A stretch of 64,000 bases of DNA. It comes from a virus (lineage: Duplodnaviria; Caudoviricetes). Shown here one piece after another: positions 40,565 through 51,240 of the stretch (its first letter is position 1; each line of letters starts with the position of its first letter). Both the position numbers and the translations under genes were made by a program. The notes under the pieces are model-generated. The model made no database searches. It was given only the letters and a program-made list of their open reading frames with translations, and was not told the origin of the DNA. The stretch is from IMG/VR virus record IMGVR_UViG_3300025372_000001; one strand, 5' to 3'.

Positions 40565-42093
40565 ATGAATAGACAGACAAAGCTAGGTAAGAATACAAAG
40601 CCACAATTTTGCGTCCGTAATGGTGGAGCAAATCCGATTCTTTCCCCTGTTCAACATGGGAAATTTGCCTTTCAAGACCCTGTAAAGGCGATTCAACGCA
40701 AGAAAGCAGAAGGAAATAATTCTTGGCGAGTGACGGGCAGGCATCCTAATGCAAACACGAATAAGAACACTAATCGTAACAAGTAATTATTTTTCTTTAT
40801 GAAAAAAGAATTTGATAATTGTATAGCTATTTTACAAGAACCTAACTCTTGTAAGAGTGTTGCAACTCCTTGGAAAAATATTCCGGTTTTGCGAGAAATG
40901 CGGCGAACGGAAAATCGTTTTAAAAAGGCGAAAATTATTCGTAAAGATAAATCTGTTATTTTTGGTCCAGATTTAATTGATTATCATTTGGGAGCAACTG
41001 AAACTTTTCCATTTGATTATTTTTCCGATATGCGGTTTTATAAGTTTTATGAAAATCAAAAGAGAATTATCACTAAATGGTTTAATAGTATTGATTTAGA
41101 AGTTTATAGTTTATGTACTACTGCTTCGGGAATTACTATTCATGATGTGGTTCCTTGTATTATTCCTTCTTGGTTTTTGGAGTTCGTTGGAAAGGAATTT
41201 CCTGTGGTGGATATGACTTATTATGGTTCTGAATATAGTTTTATTCGTAAAATTCAGCGGGATTATTATGATTATTTCAGTGAAATGAAAGTTGTGCAAG
41301 ATTTCTTTTATACCAGATTTGAAGCAAGTTTAAAGGGAACACTTGAGCCTGATATTATTCAAGACCTAAAAGCGTTACATAAACGTTTCGCAGAAAATAA
41401 CACTAAGAAAAAGAATTCCATTAAAACATATGATATTGATTGGTCTAACTTTTCAGATACATTAAAATCTTATAATGGAAACGGTTATTATACCGTATCT
41501 GGGGGGATGAACATGTGGAACAATGTTACAGATGGAAGATTTTAATTCTTTTTTATGGAATCTTTAAAAGCATTTCTTTGGACTTCTGGAACATCCAGAA
41601 TTAAAGATAGTCGAATTTCTAAAACGATTCGCGGTAAGCGTTGTTTGGTGTGGATTACTCATAAGAATACTCCTAGTTCAAGGTGTGATTTTTGGGATAA
41701 TATGGGAAAGATTCATAAGGATTTGACTTTTGGAAATCTTCAAAGATTGGGCCGAATTGTGTTAGAAAATGGTGATGCCCGTGAAACCTATTCCGTTATT
41801 TTTGAACTTAAAAAGAAATAAAAAAATATATGAGTCATTATCATGCAGATGCCATAGAAGAGAAAACCGATAATCGTCTTAGTAATTTTTATCATCAATT
41901 ATTTTTGGACGCAACTAAAAGATATGGTCATATCAAAGCTATAATAGATAACAAAGGTGAAAAAGAAGTTTATCCTCGATTTGCTATTATTGCAGAAGTT
42001 ATTGATTCACAAAGGATTTTTCAAAAATCTGTTGACAGATCACGATATTACTATTATTATGTATTAAATGCTATCGAACAACTCCTAAATTGA
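40565..42093 (+). CDS. hypothetical proteins (40565 basic, 40799, 41555, 41830 starts)
   Basis: ORF track; TTGACA(40529)-17-TATCAT promoter before 40565. Confidence 0.6.
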
Positions 42094-42094
42094 T

Positions 42095-42268
42095 ATGAAA
42101 TTTCCTGATAATAAACCTTATGAAAAAGGTTGGAATTCTTTTTTCCAATTATTTGACGTGGATCAAAATCCATATACTTTTATTCAAGATGAAGTATCGG
42201 CATTTGATTGGCAAAAAGGATGGCAAGATGCAGCAGAAGAATCAGATACTTGGAATTACGACTTATGA
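42095..42268 (+). CDS. small protein with an Rmf-like motif
   Basis: Manual translation 57 aa: KPYEKGW...QNPY...AFDWQKGWQDA; not in ORF track. Confidence 0.5.
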   Translation: MKFPDNKPYEKGWNSFFQLFDVDQNPYTFIQDEVSAFDWQKGWQDAAEESDTWNYDL

Positions 42269-42593
42269 ATTATAGTGCATCCGAAGCATATTCGGCAAAA
42301 ACCTCCGAATTTCGTTTAAAGCTAATTCATTTCAAAGATATTAAAAAACGTTGGTTCCGTAATCATTATGTTTTGTATCAAACATCAGGATGGTTTGGGC
42401 ATAATTGTTTCACTTTTGAATGCGAACAAGCATTGAAACTTGACAAATATCCTGGTACATGGTATGGACCATTTTGGACAAAAGATTTAGCTGACGATTT
42501 TGCTCGATTGGTTGAACGTACTCACACTAGTTTTATTCTAGGCGGATAAAAAATATTATATTGACAATACCTTAATAGGTGATAATGTCTTGT

Positions 42594-42986
42594 ATGAATG
42601 AATACCGAAAGGAACGATTGATTACTATTGCCAGGAGTTTGTCTCATTTGCGAACAGGGAAATCTTTGCATTTCTCTTTCATTCTTAATAAGAATCAATT
42701 ATTGGTAACGAGTGTGAATTCTTATAAGAAATCTCATTTGGAAAAGAGTTTTGGTAGGTATTTTCCTACTAAGAGTACAGAGAATAGTAATTATTTTCCT
42801 GCATTGCATTCAGAGATTGCAGCAATTAGGGAATACATTAATAAATTTGGTAATAGTAACTTTACTGGCTTGACATTGTTTAATGTCAGAGTAGGAGTGA
42901 ATGGCAGTACTATGTTGGCAAAACCATGTGATAATTGTCAAAGAGTTTTGAATAGTTTTTCATTTAAAGAAATAGTTTATACATAA
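42594..42986 (+). CDS. cytidine/deoxycytidylate deaminase-like Zn protein
   Basis: LHSEIAAI...LAKPCDNC (HxE...PCxxC). Confidence 0.88.
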   Translation: MNEYRKERLITIARSLSHLRTGKSLHFSFILNKNQLLVTSVNSYKKSHLEKSFGRYFPTKSTENSNYFPALHSEIAAIREYINKFGNSNFTGLTLFNVRVGVNGSTMLAKPCDNCQRVLNSFSFKEIVYT

Positions 42987-42991
42987 AAAAT

Positions 42992-43558
42992 ATGAATGTT
43001 ATTATTCCTGATGGTTGGTATCAAGTTCCTTTAAATGAACCTGTTTATTATTATGATTTAGAATGGGAACATAATGATACCGGATGGGTGCCTGTTAAGA
43101 AATACGGTGATTTCTGTAAAAGAAACCGAAAGAAATATGTCATTCGTCAAGAGAATGTTCAAGAAGATTTGATGATGGCATTAAGGCATTTCCCTAATGC
43201 TAGTTATTCAATGGAAACTAGATATAATGACAAAGCATTTTTCATGGCATATATTCTTTTTCTTGCAGGTGTTCAAGAAATGAACATTGATATTGGTTTT
43301 ATTGGAGGACGTAGAGAAATAGCAAGTATTCTTTTTAGAGATAATTCTTTAACAATGAAACCGTATATTGAATTACCTTCTACTAATGGAACTAATATTT
43401 TTTATTTTCTTTTACAGAAATTACATATTCCTTATAGTGGTGGAGCAAGTACTGATAAAGATTTTATGCAAGCCTCTTGGCATAACAGCGAAAGCTTTAT
43501 TAGTAAACTTATCGTATATTTTAATGCTATTAAGAAAGAATTTCGTGATGGAAAATGA
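42992..43558 (+). CDS. hypothetical protein
   Basis: ORF track 188 aa. Confidence 0.6.
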   Translation: MNVIIPDGWYQVPLNEPVYYYDLEWEHNDTGWVPVKKYGDFCKRNRKKYVIRQENVQEDLMMALRHFPNASYSMETRYNDKAFFMAYILFLAGVQEMNIDIGFIGGRREIASILFRDNSLTMKPYIELPSTNGTNIFYFLLQKLHIPYSGGASTDKDFMQASWHNSESFISKLIVYFNAIKKEFRDGK

Positions 43559-43596
43559 TGCATTGACAATGAATAATAAATAAGGTATCATTCCTT

Positions 43597-43725
43597 ATGA
43601 AATTATTCACCATCAAAATTAAGCCACGAAAGAAGCGAGAAAGATTTGCTCCTGTTACTAAACAAGAAACGAATCGAAAAGCCTATAATCGAAAACAGAA
43701 ACATCATAAAAAAGATGAAAGCTAA
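43597..43725 (+). CDS. small basic ArfA-like protein
   Basis: Manual translation MKLFTIKIKPRKKRERFAPVTKQETNRKAYNRKQKHHKKDES*; own promoter TTGACA(43563)-17-TATCAT. Confidence 0.5.
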   Translation: MKLFTIKIKPRKKRERFAPVTKQETNRKAYNRKQKHHKKDES

Positions 43726-44559
43726 AATTCTCCAATACGGTTTCACAGAAGTTAAAGAAACTGAAAACAGTTTAAAGATTTCTCATAATGGAAATATGGG
43801 AAATAGTATTAAAGATTCCGTTGATCCTAATTTGAAGCAATTGGGATATGGTTCTATCAAGTATCTTAAGAAACTGTATCGGAAATTCAAAGAAGAAGGA
43901 AGTCCTGATTATGCTTATTCGATTGTTTTTGATAAAAATATTAGACAAAAATTTGATTAAGTTATGAAAATTCTAGGAAAATATGTCACTGCTCAAGTTT
44001 TTGGACAAAATTATCCTCTTCAAGGTTGGGTGATTCAAGAAAATCCCTTAATTATTAAACATTCGGATGGAACACAAACCAGATGTACGGGAAAACCGAC
44101 AATAGTTATTAATCCTCCTAGATTACCTAATAATTTATTGAAATGAATAATGATTCCTCTTCTTTTTGCAATCGAATACAAAGAAGCAGGAGTTTGGACA
44201 GAATATCAATATACCGAAAATCTACTTGACGCATGCCATATTGCGAGTAGATTGACTTGGGAAGTTCGTGAAGAATGGATACGAATCTTAACACCTGATA
44301 ATAAAATTTTATGATATTGAAAAATAATTATTATGACAATAAAAATGCTGCAATTGATGAAATTTATGCAGCATTACCGGAAAATATGCATTCTACTTCC
44401 ATTATAAGCTTAATTGCTTCGGTTATAGAAGAATCCATTAATCTTGGATATAATGGCGGTTATTCTGATATGGCAGACAGAACATCTAATAATATTAGAT
44501 GCATTGTTTCTCAAGGTAATATGTGTTCTATTACTAAATCTGAAAAAATTCTATGAAAG

Positions 44560-45051
44560 ATGAATAATTCTTGCTCAAATTGTGAAGATTGTCTGGATTG
44601 CAACAATTGCAACGATTTAGACACTTGTTCAAAGTGTAATCTTTGTGATTTATGCACAAATTGTGATGTTTGTTATCTTTGTGATTATTGTAATGATTCA
44701 CAATATCTTTATTCTTGTTATTATTGTCGAGAATGTTCTTATTGTTATGGATGCAAGAATTGTTTCAACTGTGAAAATCTTATTTTTTCCAAACATTGTG
44801 AAAATAGTAAATGGCTTATTTTTTGTTTAAAATTAATTGATGAAACGTATCATGCCTTCAATAAGCCGTTGACAAAAGAAAGGTATCAAGCTATTGTCGA
44901 AGAAGTGATTAGAATCCTTCCTAACTGGCAACAAGCAGCAGTAGCAGGATTCTGGCAAACAGTAACAAGGAATCAATGGCAAGCATTACAGTTAATTCCT
45001 GAATTTGATAAAGAAATCGTCGAAACTATTACAAAAATTACATTAACATGA
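44560..45051 (+). CDS. Cys-rich repeat protein
   Basis: About 85 N-terminal residues of near-continuous CxxC repeats. Confidence 0.8.
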   Translation: MNNSCSNCEDCLDCNNCNDLDTCSKCNLCDLCTNCDVCYLCDYCNDSQYLYSCYYCRECSYCYGCKNCFNCENLIFSKHCENSKWLIFCLKLIDETYHAFNKPLTKERYQAIVEEVIRILPNWQQAAVAGFWQTVTRNQWQALQLIPEFDKEIVETITKITLT

Positions 45052-45892
45052 TCTTTCTATATTGTGTATTATTCTATATTATATATTCATATTTCCATGA
45101 TTATATCATTGATCCTGCAATTCAGTATTATTTTAATATTAAAGGATGTAAGTTTTGTAAAATAACCTTTCAATATAGAAGATGGAAAGATTCGGGGCAT
45201 CTTGACGCTTATCCATTATCTACCTATCATGAATTAGCTCATTCAAAACTTTCTGAACCACATGAAATGACGGTTTTAGTGTCTGATTTAGGTTCTGATC
45301 AACCTAATGAAATCTGTGTTGCACCGGTTGACCTTAAAGGTAATTGGATTACTAATACTTTTGATAAAAATAATATGGTAGAGGTTATACATATTCCGCT
45401 TGCACAAGTTAGTAATCGAAGGGATATTCCTTCTGTATCCTTTTGGCAATATCTATATAATGGACAAAAAATTACCTTAACATGATTATTTTCTTTCTCA
45501 TTCTTTATTTGGTATGTTTATTATTTGATCATACTAATTTTATTCCTTGGGTTATAAATCAACGTAAGAAATATGCATTAGTAACTGTGCGTTTCCATCG
45601 ATGGAAAGATGATGATTGGCATTCTATGGAATTTAAGCCGGAATGTTTTTCAGAAGATGCACGAAAAGAACTTGGGCCTGAACAAGAAGAATCTTTTTAT
45701 GTGGAAGTTCTTGATTCTTATTGGAATGGAAATATGTGTTGTGCTGCGGTTGATAAATTAACGGGCGAATGGGTCGGAGATATTTTTCATATCGGTGAAC
45801 AAATGAGAGTAAGAACAATACCAGAGAAAAATATTATTTCAACTATTCCCATGAAACTTACATTTTGGGCAGGACTTCAACCAAAGAAATAA
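45048..45892 (+). CDS. two paralogous N-anchored membrane proteins (45048..45485, 45482..45892)
   Basis: Both have an N-terminal TM, then F.RWKD...C.A.VD..G.W. Confidence 0.7.
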
Positions 45893-45894
45893 AT

Positions 45895-47302
45895 TTGACA
45901 ATAAGTGAATAACTGATAGAATACCTTCTCATTATGAACCTAAAACATCCGACTGATATTCCTAGCCATTGGCCTAAACTTAAAGCGCGTAAACGTTCAT
46001 TTGTTTCTATTCGAGAAGCAAAAGTACCTGAATCTTTTAAAGTCGCTTGGCAAGATTCCGAATTGGTTTCTGATCCTTCGCTTGATTTGATTATTGTTCA
46101 ATCAAATGGAACACAATATCCTTGTAAGAAAGATATTTTCTATTCCACTTATCAAGAAGTAGAGAATTTTAATATTTGGCAAAAGAAAGAACTTTCTACT
46201 CTTGTTCAAGTTCCTCAACATTATGAAGTTTCCATTGAAACCCTGGAAGGAACATTGAATAAAGTTGTTTATCCTGATTATGTTGTTATTGGTAAGAAGG
46301 ATGAATTGTATGCAAATAAGAAAGAATGGGCTGATGAAAATCTTGAATTTATCGTTGACTAATTCCAGATAACTGATAGAATAACTAATAATATTATGGA
46401 ACCGATGACATCTTTTTATGTAGTTGACACTACTTATGTACCTAAACCTGGATATGGTAACATTCATCTAGGATTTGAAGTAAAAACCGGTTCAGGAAAA
46501 AACCATTTAAAAATTCTTAAAGAAGCATTAGAATTGAAATATCCTGCACCACGTTATACCGTAGAATACCAAACTCCTGAAAAGTCAGGTTGGGGCAATC
46601 CTTCAAACGGATGGTAAACAATTTGACAACTGCTCAATAACTGATAGAAGTACAATATTATGACTCTTAAAGAATTTCAAAAACAAAATAAAAATAAACT
46701 AGACGAAGAGTTTATTCAGAAATATCCTGATGGACGTATTACATTGGAAAGACGCAAAGACAATTCCCACACTATTTCTTTGGGATTTAAACGTAATACG
46801 TCGAACACATCCTCTTATCGTTTTGGTTTTGGTTGTAAAAATTCCAAACTATATGTATTTGAAGGATTAGGATTTAGTAAGCAAAATCATTACGATAACA
46901 TCAATGATGCAGTTAATGCTGCTTACAAATTTAATTTTCCCGATAAACTAATCAAAGCTTTCAAACTTCGATATAAAGGGAAAGATAGTAAGAAATTCTC
47001 CAGAAACAATCCTCAAGAAATCGAAGTAGGAAGTAAAGTTAAAATTAAATATGAGGAAAGAAATTGGCACAAGGATATTGATCCCGATACCATTTATGAA
47101 GTAGAAAAAGTGGAAGACCATACTGATAAAGATGGATACGTTTATACTATTTTATCCTTTAAAGGATTAGCCAAGAATTATTCCACTAAAGAAGAAACTT
47201 GTATAGGAAGGGTTCGCTCTTACTTTGCTACCACATTTGATAATGTTGATTTTGAAGCAAATGTTCTTAATCCCTTGACAAATGCCTGATAACTGATAGA
47301 AT
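45895..47302 (+). promoter_or_regulatory. four promoters sharing ATAACTGATAGAA
   Basis: TTGAC[A/T] at 45895, 46355, 46623, 47275, each with a 16-bp spacer ending in ATAACTGA, then TAGAA. Confidence 0.8.
45934..46362 (+). CDS. PGDYG-like domain protein (two repeats)
   Basis: NGTQYPCKKDIFYSTY and TLEG....PDYVVIG..DELY. Confidence 0.55.
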   Translation: MNLKHPTDIPSHWPKLKARKRSFVSIREAKVPESFKVAWQDSELVSDPSLDLIIVQSNGTQYPCKKDIFYSTYQEVENFNIWQKKELSTLVQVPQHYEVSIETLEGTLNKVVYPDYVVIGKKDELYANKKEWADENLEFIVD

Positions 47303-48678
47303 ACACTCTCAACCCAAACAATACTATGAACTCTAATCTACTTGTTAAATATATTCGCCAAACTAAGAAAGAAATTTCTCCTCGTAAGAAAGCAGTAATG
47401 GAACGCACTCGTAAAGTTGGCACACTTATTGCATTCCTTGATTCTGATGAATATATCCGTATTGGATGGTCTGCCCTTAATACTTGGAGCGATGACAAAT
47501 TTGATCGTAATGAAGGAATTCGCCTTGCAAAACTTAATACAACGTGTATTCTTTCTCCTGATGTAATCAAAAGCATGCCTCTAAAGGTTCGCAATGATAT
47601 TGAACACTTTATTGGACGTGCCGAAAACTATTTCAAGCGTTCAGTAGTTCGTTAATTTCCCGTTAAGATAAACAACAAAAAACTAAAATACTATGAAGGT
47701 AAAAGAACTAATCGCAGAACTTGCTAAACATAATCCCGAAGCAAAGGTTCTTAATTATATCGAAGAAGCAGAAGAATATGGTAAAACCACTTCTGTTGTC
47801 ACTATCACAGATCAAGACGAAATGCCTTATGCAAAAGGGGATGTTCCTGAAATTGACGGAGAAGTGGTATTGATTCAAGGATGGCTCGCATCTTAATTTC
47901 CCTTTAACATAAACACAATATTATGAATAAATCGCTTTGTATTACTGCGCCTCGTCTAGATAATCACGATAATGGGTTTTCTTTAACTCTAAATGGAGAA
48001 TGGTTTGATCTTGCTAATACGCATGATTTACGAAAACTGAACGAACATAATCTCCGATTACTATTAAAGATGGATCGTGCTTATGAAAAGGCATTAGCTG
48101 AATTTAACCAACAATTCGTTGACAAATATGCTTCTCAAGTGGATACTGTAAATGCCTTACCCGTTGAAACATATGATGCATATTGTAAAATCTCAGACGA
48201 GATTGACGAAGAATAAACTATTTAAAATTCCCTCAAACAGCAAATAAACAACAAAACACACATGACTACTGCTACCATCTTCCAACAAAAACTACATTCT
48301 TTCTTTACTCGCAATTGTAAGGACAATTTTGCCTCATTTGAAGATTTTCTTAATGATGTTGGTAATCCGCCTCGTCGCAATATGAAACTTACTCGTAAGT
48401 GTATCAAGAAAGGTTATACTCCTGGTAATCTTGTTTGGGCAAAAACCCAAAACCGTTCTAGTGGTTATCTAGTTAAGACCTCTTCCGGTAATGTTGCCTC
48501 CCTTCGTTCTGCATGTGAACAAGATGGTGTAACTTATCAAAGTGTTCATAATTACATGAATCATTATCCAATTCGTTCCAATCCACAAGCAGTCTTTGAA
48601 CTGGTGAAGATGGATAAAAATAGCCGTCGAATGTTCAAACGTAATGCTTTCGTCCATGCAATTAATAATCTTGCATAA
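46396..48678 (+). CDS. run of small hypothetical proteins (46396, 46660, 47326, 47693, 47923, 48262 starts)
   Basis: ORF track; several have their own promoters. Confidence 0.65.
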
Positions 48679-48699
48679 ATTTTCTTAGTTATAAGAAAA

Positions 48700-48775
48700 G
48701 TCCCTATAGTGTAACGGATTAGCACCTACGGATTCTACCCGTATAGAAAAAGTTCAAATCTTTTTAGGGATACCA
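48700..48775 (+). tRNA. tRNA-Arg(TCT)
   Basis: GTCCCTA/TAGGGAT acceptor, GTG.AACGGATT.GCAC D-arm, TACGG-ATTCTAC-CCGTA anticodon arm, AAAAG-TTCAAAT-CTTTT T-arm, encoded ACCA. Confidence 0.85.
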
Positions 48776-48783
48776 ATTTAACT

Positions 48784-48815
48784 AAAAAGTCATAAGAATT
48801 CTTATGACTTTTTTT
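48784..48815 (+). terminator. intrinsic terminator after tRNA-Arg
   Basis: AAAAAGTCATAAG-AATT-CTTATGACTTTTTTT. Confidence 0.85.
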
Positions 48816-48836
48816 ATCGAATAATAATTTAATAAT

Positions 48837-50172
48837 ATGTTCCGAATTGTAAAAACTGATAATCATGCCTTTGCTGCTTCCGTTAATCGTGGAGTCAATA
48901 TTGTTAAAGGGACAGGAAAGGTATGGACTACTCGTAGAGGGGTAGTGAATGCCATTAGCGACACAATTCTAGGATATTGTGGATATTTTGGTAATGATGC
49001 ATGTTTCGATAATCTTTCTATTCATGGGGTAGCGGCTAATTATTATATTCCTGTAAAAGATTTTGTAAATGAGCAAGAAAGATCGAAGATTAAAGCGGAT
49101 ATTATCGGAAATTCAAAAGGATACAATAAAAGGTTTGCTGATTGGTTGGATAATATTAAAAATATTCAAATTGATCTTTGGAAAATAGAAACAACTCTTA
49201 GACAAGAGTTATATTCTGAATATTTGCTTGCCATTGAAGATAAATGGACTAAGGTAGGAGCGAAATCATTCACCTTTAACTAATATGAAAACAATCACTT
49301 GGGAAGAATTTATTTCAGTCATTAATGATAAAACCACTATCGTTTGTATTGATTCGGCAGAAATCGATTGGTGCATAGCTGCGGACGAATCTTACATCGA
49401 AATTGAAGAATTTAATTCTTATATTTATAAAGAAGATAATGAAACCATTAAAGTCGATGGAAACACCATTTATGTAAAAGATATGAATCAAGAAGATTTC
49501 GTGGATGATATTGAACTTCAAATTTTTAAAAAAGTGCCGTGGAATCGAAATAGCCTTGACAAATACTAATTAACTGTTATACTCTTAATCTATGAAAACA
49601 ATTACATGGCAACAATTTATTGATATTATCAAATCACCTGAATCTCTAATCAGTTGGGATAATTTTCTTTGTAATGTCTCAATTAATGAGGATGGATCAG
49701 AAGTGTCATTCTTTTTTGAAGAAGATGGTAATGAATCGCAATGCGAAATTACTAAATGGAACAATCCTAATATTCCAGTAAACGATAATGTATTGTCGGT
49801 ATTTGATAATCTTTCTGATGATGTATTTTCGATTGAAATCTTTCGTAAAATGCCTTGGGTAATTAGATAAATCCATTTCGTATGAAACATCATCCAGAAC
49901 AGCAAGAAGATGAAATTTATATGGGAATTATTGACTCTCATACTTTCTTTAGCTCTTCTTTTCAAATTTGGAACACTTGGACAAATAAACGATTAGGTTA
50001 TGGATTTACAGAAAATCGTATGAGACTAGTGAATGATTGGCGTCCTTGGTTCATTAAAAGGAAAGATGTAGAACAAGAAATTATCCGAATTCAACAATAC
50101 GAAACTCATAACAAAGAAGAAAGAATTTCCTTGTTTCAAAAAATGTTGGATAACGGAACAGCATTGTTTTAA
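48837..50172 (+). CDS. hypothetical proteins; 49285..49569 and 49592..49870 are paralogs (MKTITW[EQ].FI..I)
   Basis: ORF track; shared N-terminus and C-terminal I.IF.K.PW. Confidence 0.65.
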
Positions 50173-50247
50173 CGAATAAAATTTGACAAAGTTTCATTAT
50201 ACGTTAACATATAAATCTCAACGTAATAACCCCTAACTACTCATTAA

Positions 50248-51240
50248 ATGCCTACTGTAATCCATCCTACCTTTGCTCCTGTTATCGGCCAAAATCTTGC
50301 CAAAGAACGCCTTTCGGCAGGTATTAACTCTGTCACTCAAGGTCGGGCAGCAACTCAACCTCTTATTACTGCTCCTTTTGGTTGTGGCAAAACAGAAGTA
50401 GCAAAACGCTATCTAGAAGCCCTAGAAGCTCAAGGATTCCGTTCAATGAGTCTCAATTCTCCCAAAGAAATGCGCCTTGCTGGGCCTAAATGGGACGAAT
50501 TTGTTCAAATGGTAATGGACTATACTACTCCTTATGTTATTCATATCGATGAAGCACATGATATGGTGCTTGATTCAGTTAAGAATATGGTAACTCTTAA
50601 AGCCTTTCTTCTTAAGGCAATGGACAAACAAAATACGGGAAGAGATATTCCTATTTCCGATGATCTAGTGACTCGGTTTGAACGTAATCGAAATGTATTC
50701 ATTCTTACTACAAATTTTCCCCATCTTCTAGATAAATCCGGTGCATTGCAATCCAGGTTTGATCATATTCAATTGGATACTTATGATGAAGAGGAATTGA
50801 AAGGTATCCTTGTTCGTATGATGATGTCAAATGAAATGCAATGGGATTCCGAAGAGGTTCTTAATATCATTGCGCGGTGTGGGAGAGGTTCTGCCCGTCC
50901 TATTAAGAATGTTATTGACGAAGCATTGATTATTCATGGTAATGAAAATCCTTTAACGAAAGCACAAGCCTTGCGCACTATTCGCCTTTTGCGTATGTTT
51001 CCGAAGGGTTTGACGCATGATGAAGTTAAATTGCTTCAAATTTGTCAAAATAAGGAATTGAAAGATAGTCAGGCAAATGCAATGATTCCTAGTATGTCTC
51101 CTGCTGATCTGCGTAATGCAAAAGGTTACTTGACATCTCCTCAAGTTGGGTTTATGACTATTACCTCGCGAGGTATGGAAACAACAAGGATTGGTTCTGC
51201 ATATTTGAATATGTTGTTTACACAGGGTTTCCTTGAATAA
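50248..51240 (+). CDS. ruvB: RuvB-like AAA+ Holliday junction branch migration ATPase
   Basis: VIGQ, APFGCGKT (Walker A), IHIDEAH (Walker B), TTN, LQSRF, RGSAR, PKGL...E, ITSRG C-terminal wHTH. Confidence 0.8.
   Translation: MPTVIHPTFAPVIGQNLAKERLSAGINSVTQGRAATQPLITAPFGCGKTEVAKRYLEALEAQGFRSMSLNSPKEMRLAGPKWDEFVQMVMDYTTPYVIHIDEAHDMVLDSVKNMVTLKAFLLKAMDKQNTGRDIPISDDLVTRFERNRNVFILTTNFPHLLDKSGALQSRFDHIQLDTYDEEELKGILVRMMMSNEMQWDSEEVLNIIARCGRGSARPIKNVIDEALIIHGNENPLTKAQALRTIRLLRMFPKGLTHDEVKLLQICQNKELKDSQANAMIPSMSPADLRNAKGYLTSPQVGFMTITSRGMETTRIGSAYLNMLFTQGFLE

Noticed and set aside
48700-48775. Amber suppressor reading (CTA) of this tRNA
   Set aside because: The 5-bp stem TACGG/CCGTA fixes the 7-nt loop ATTCTAC, which places TCT at positions 34-36.
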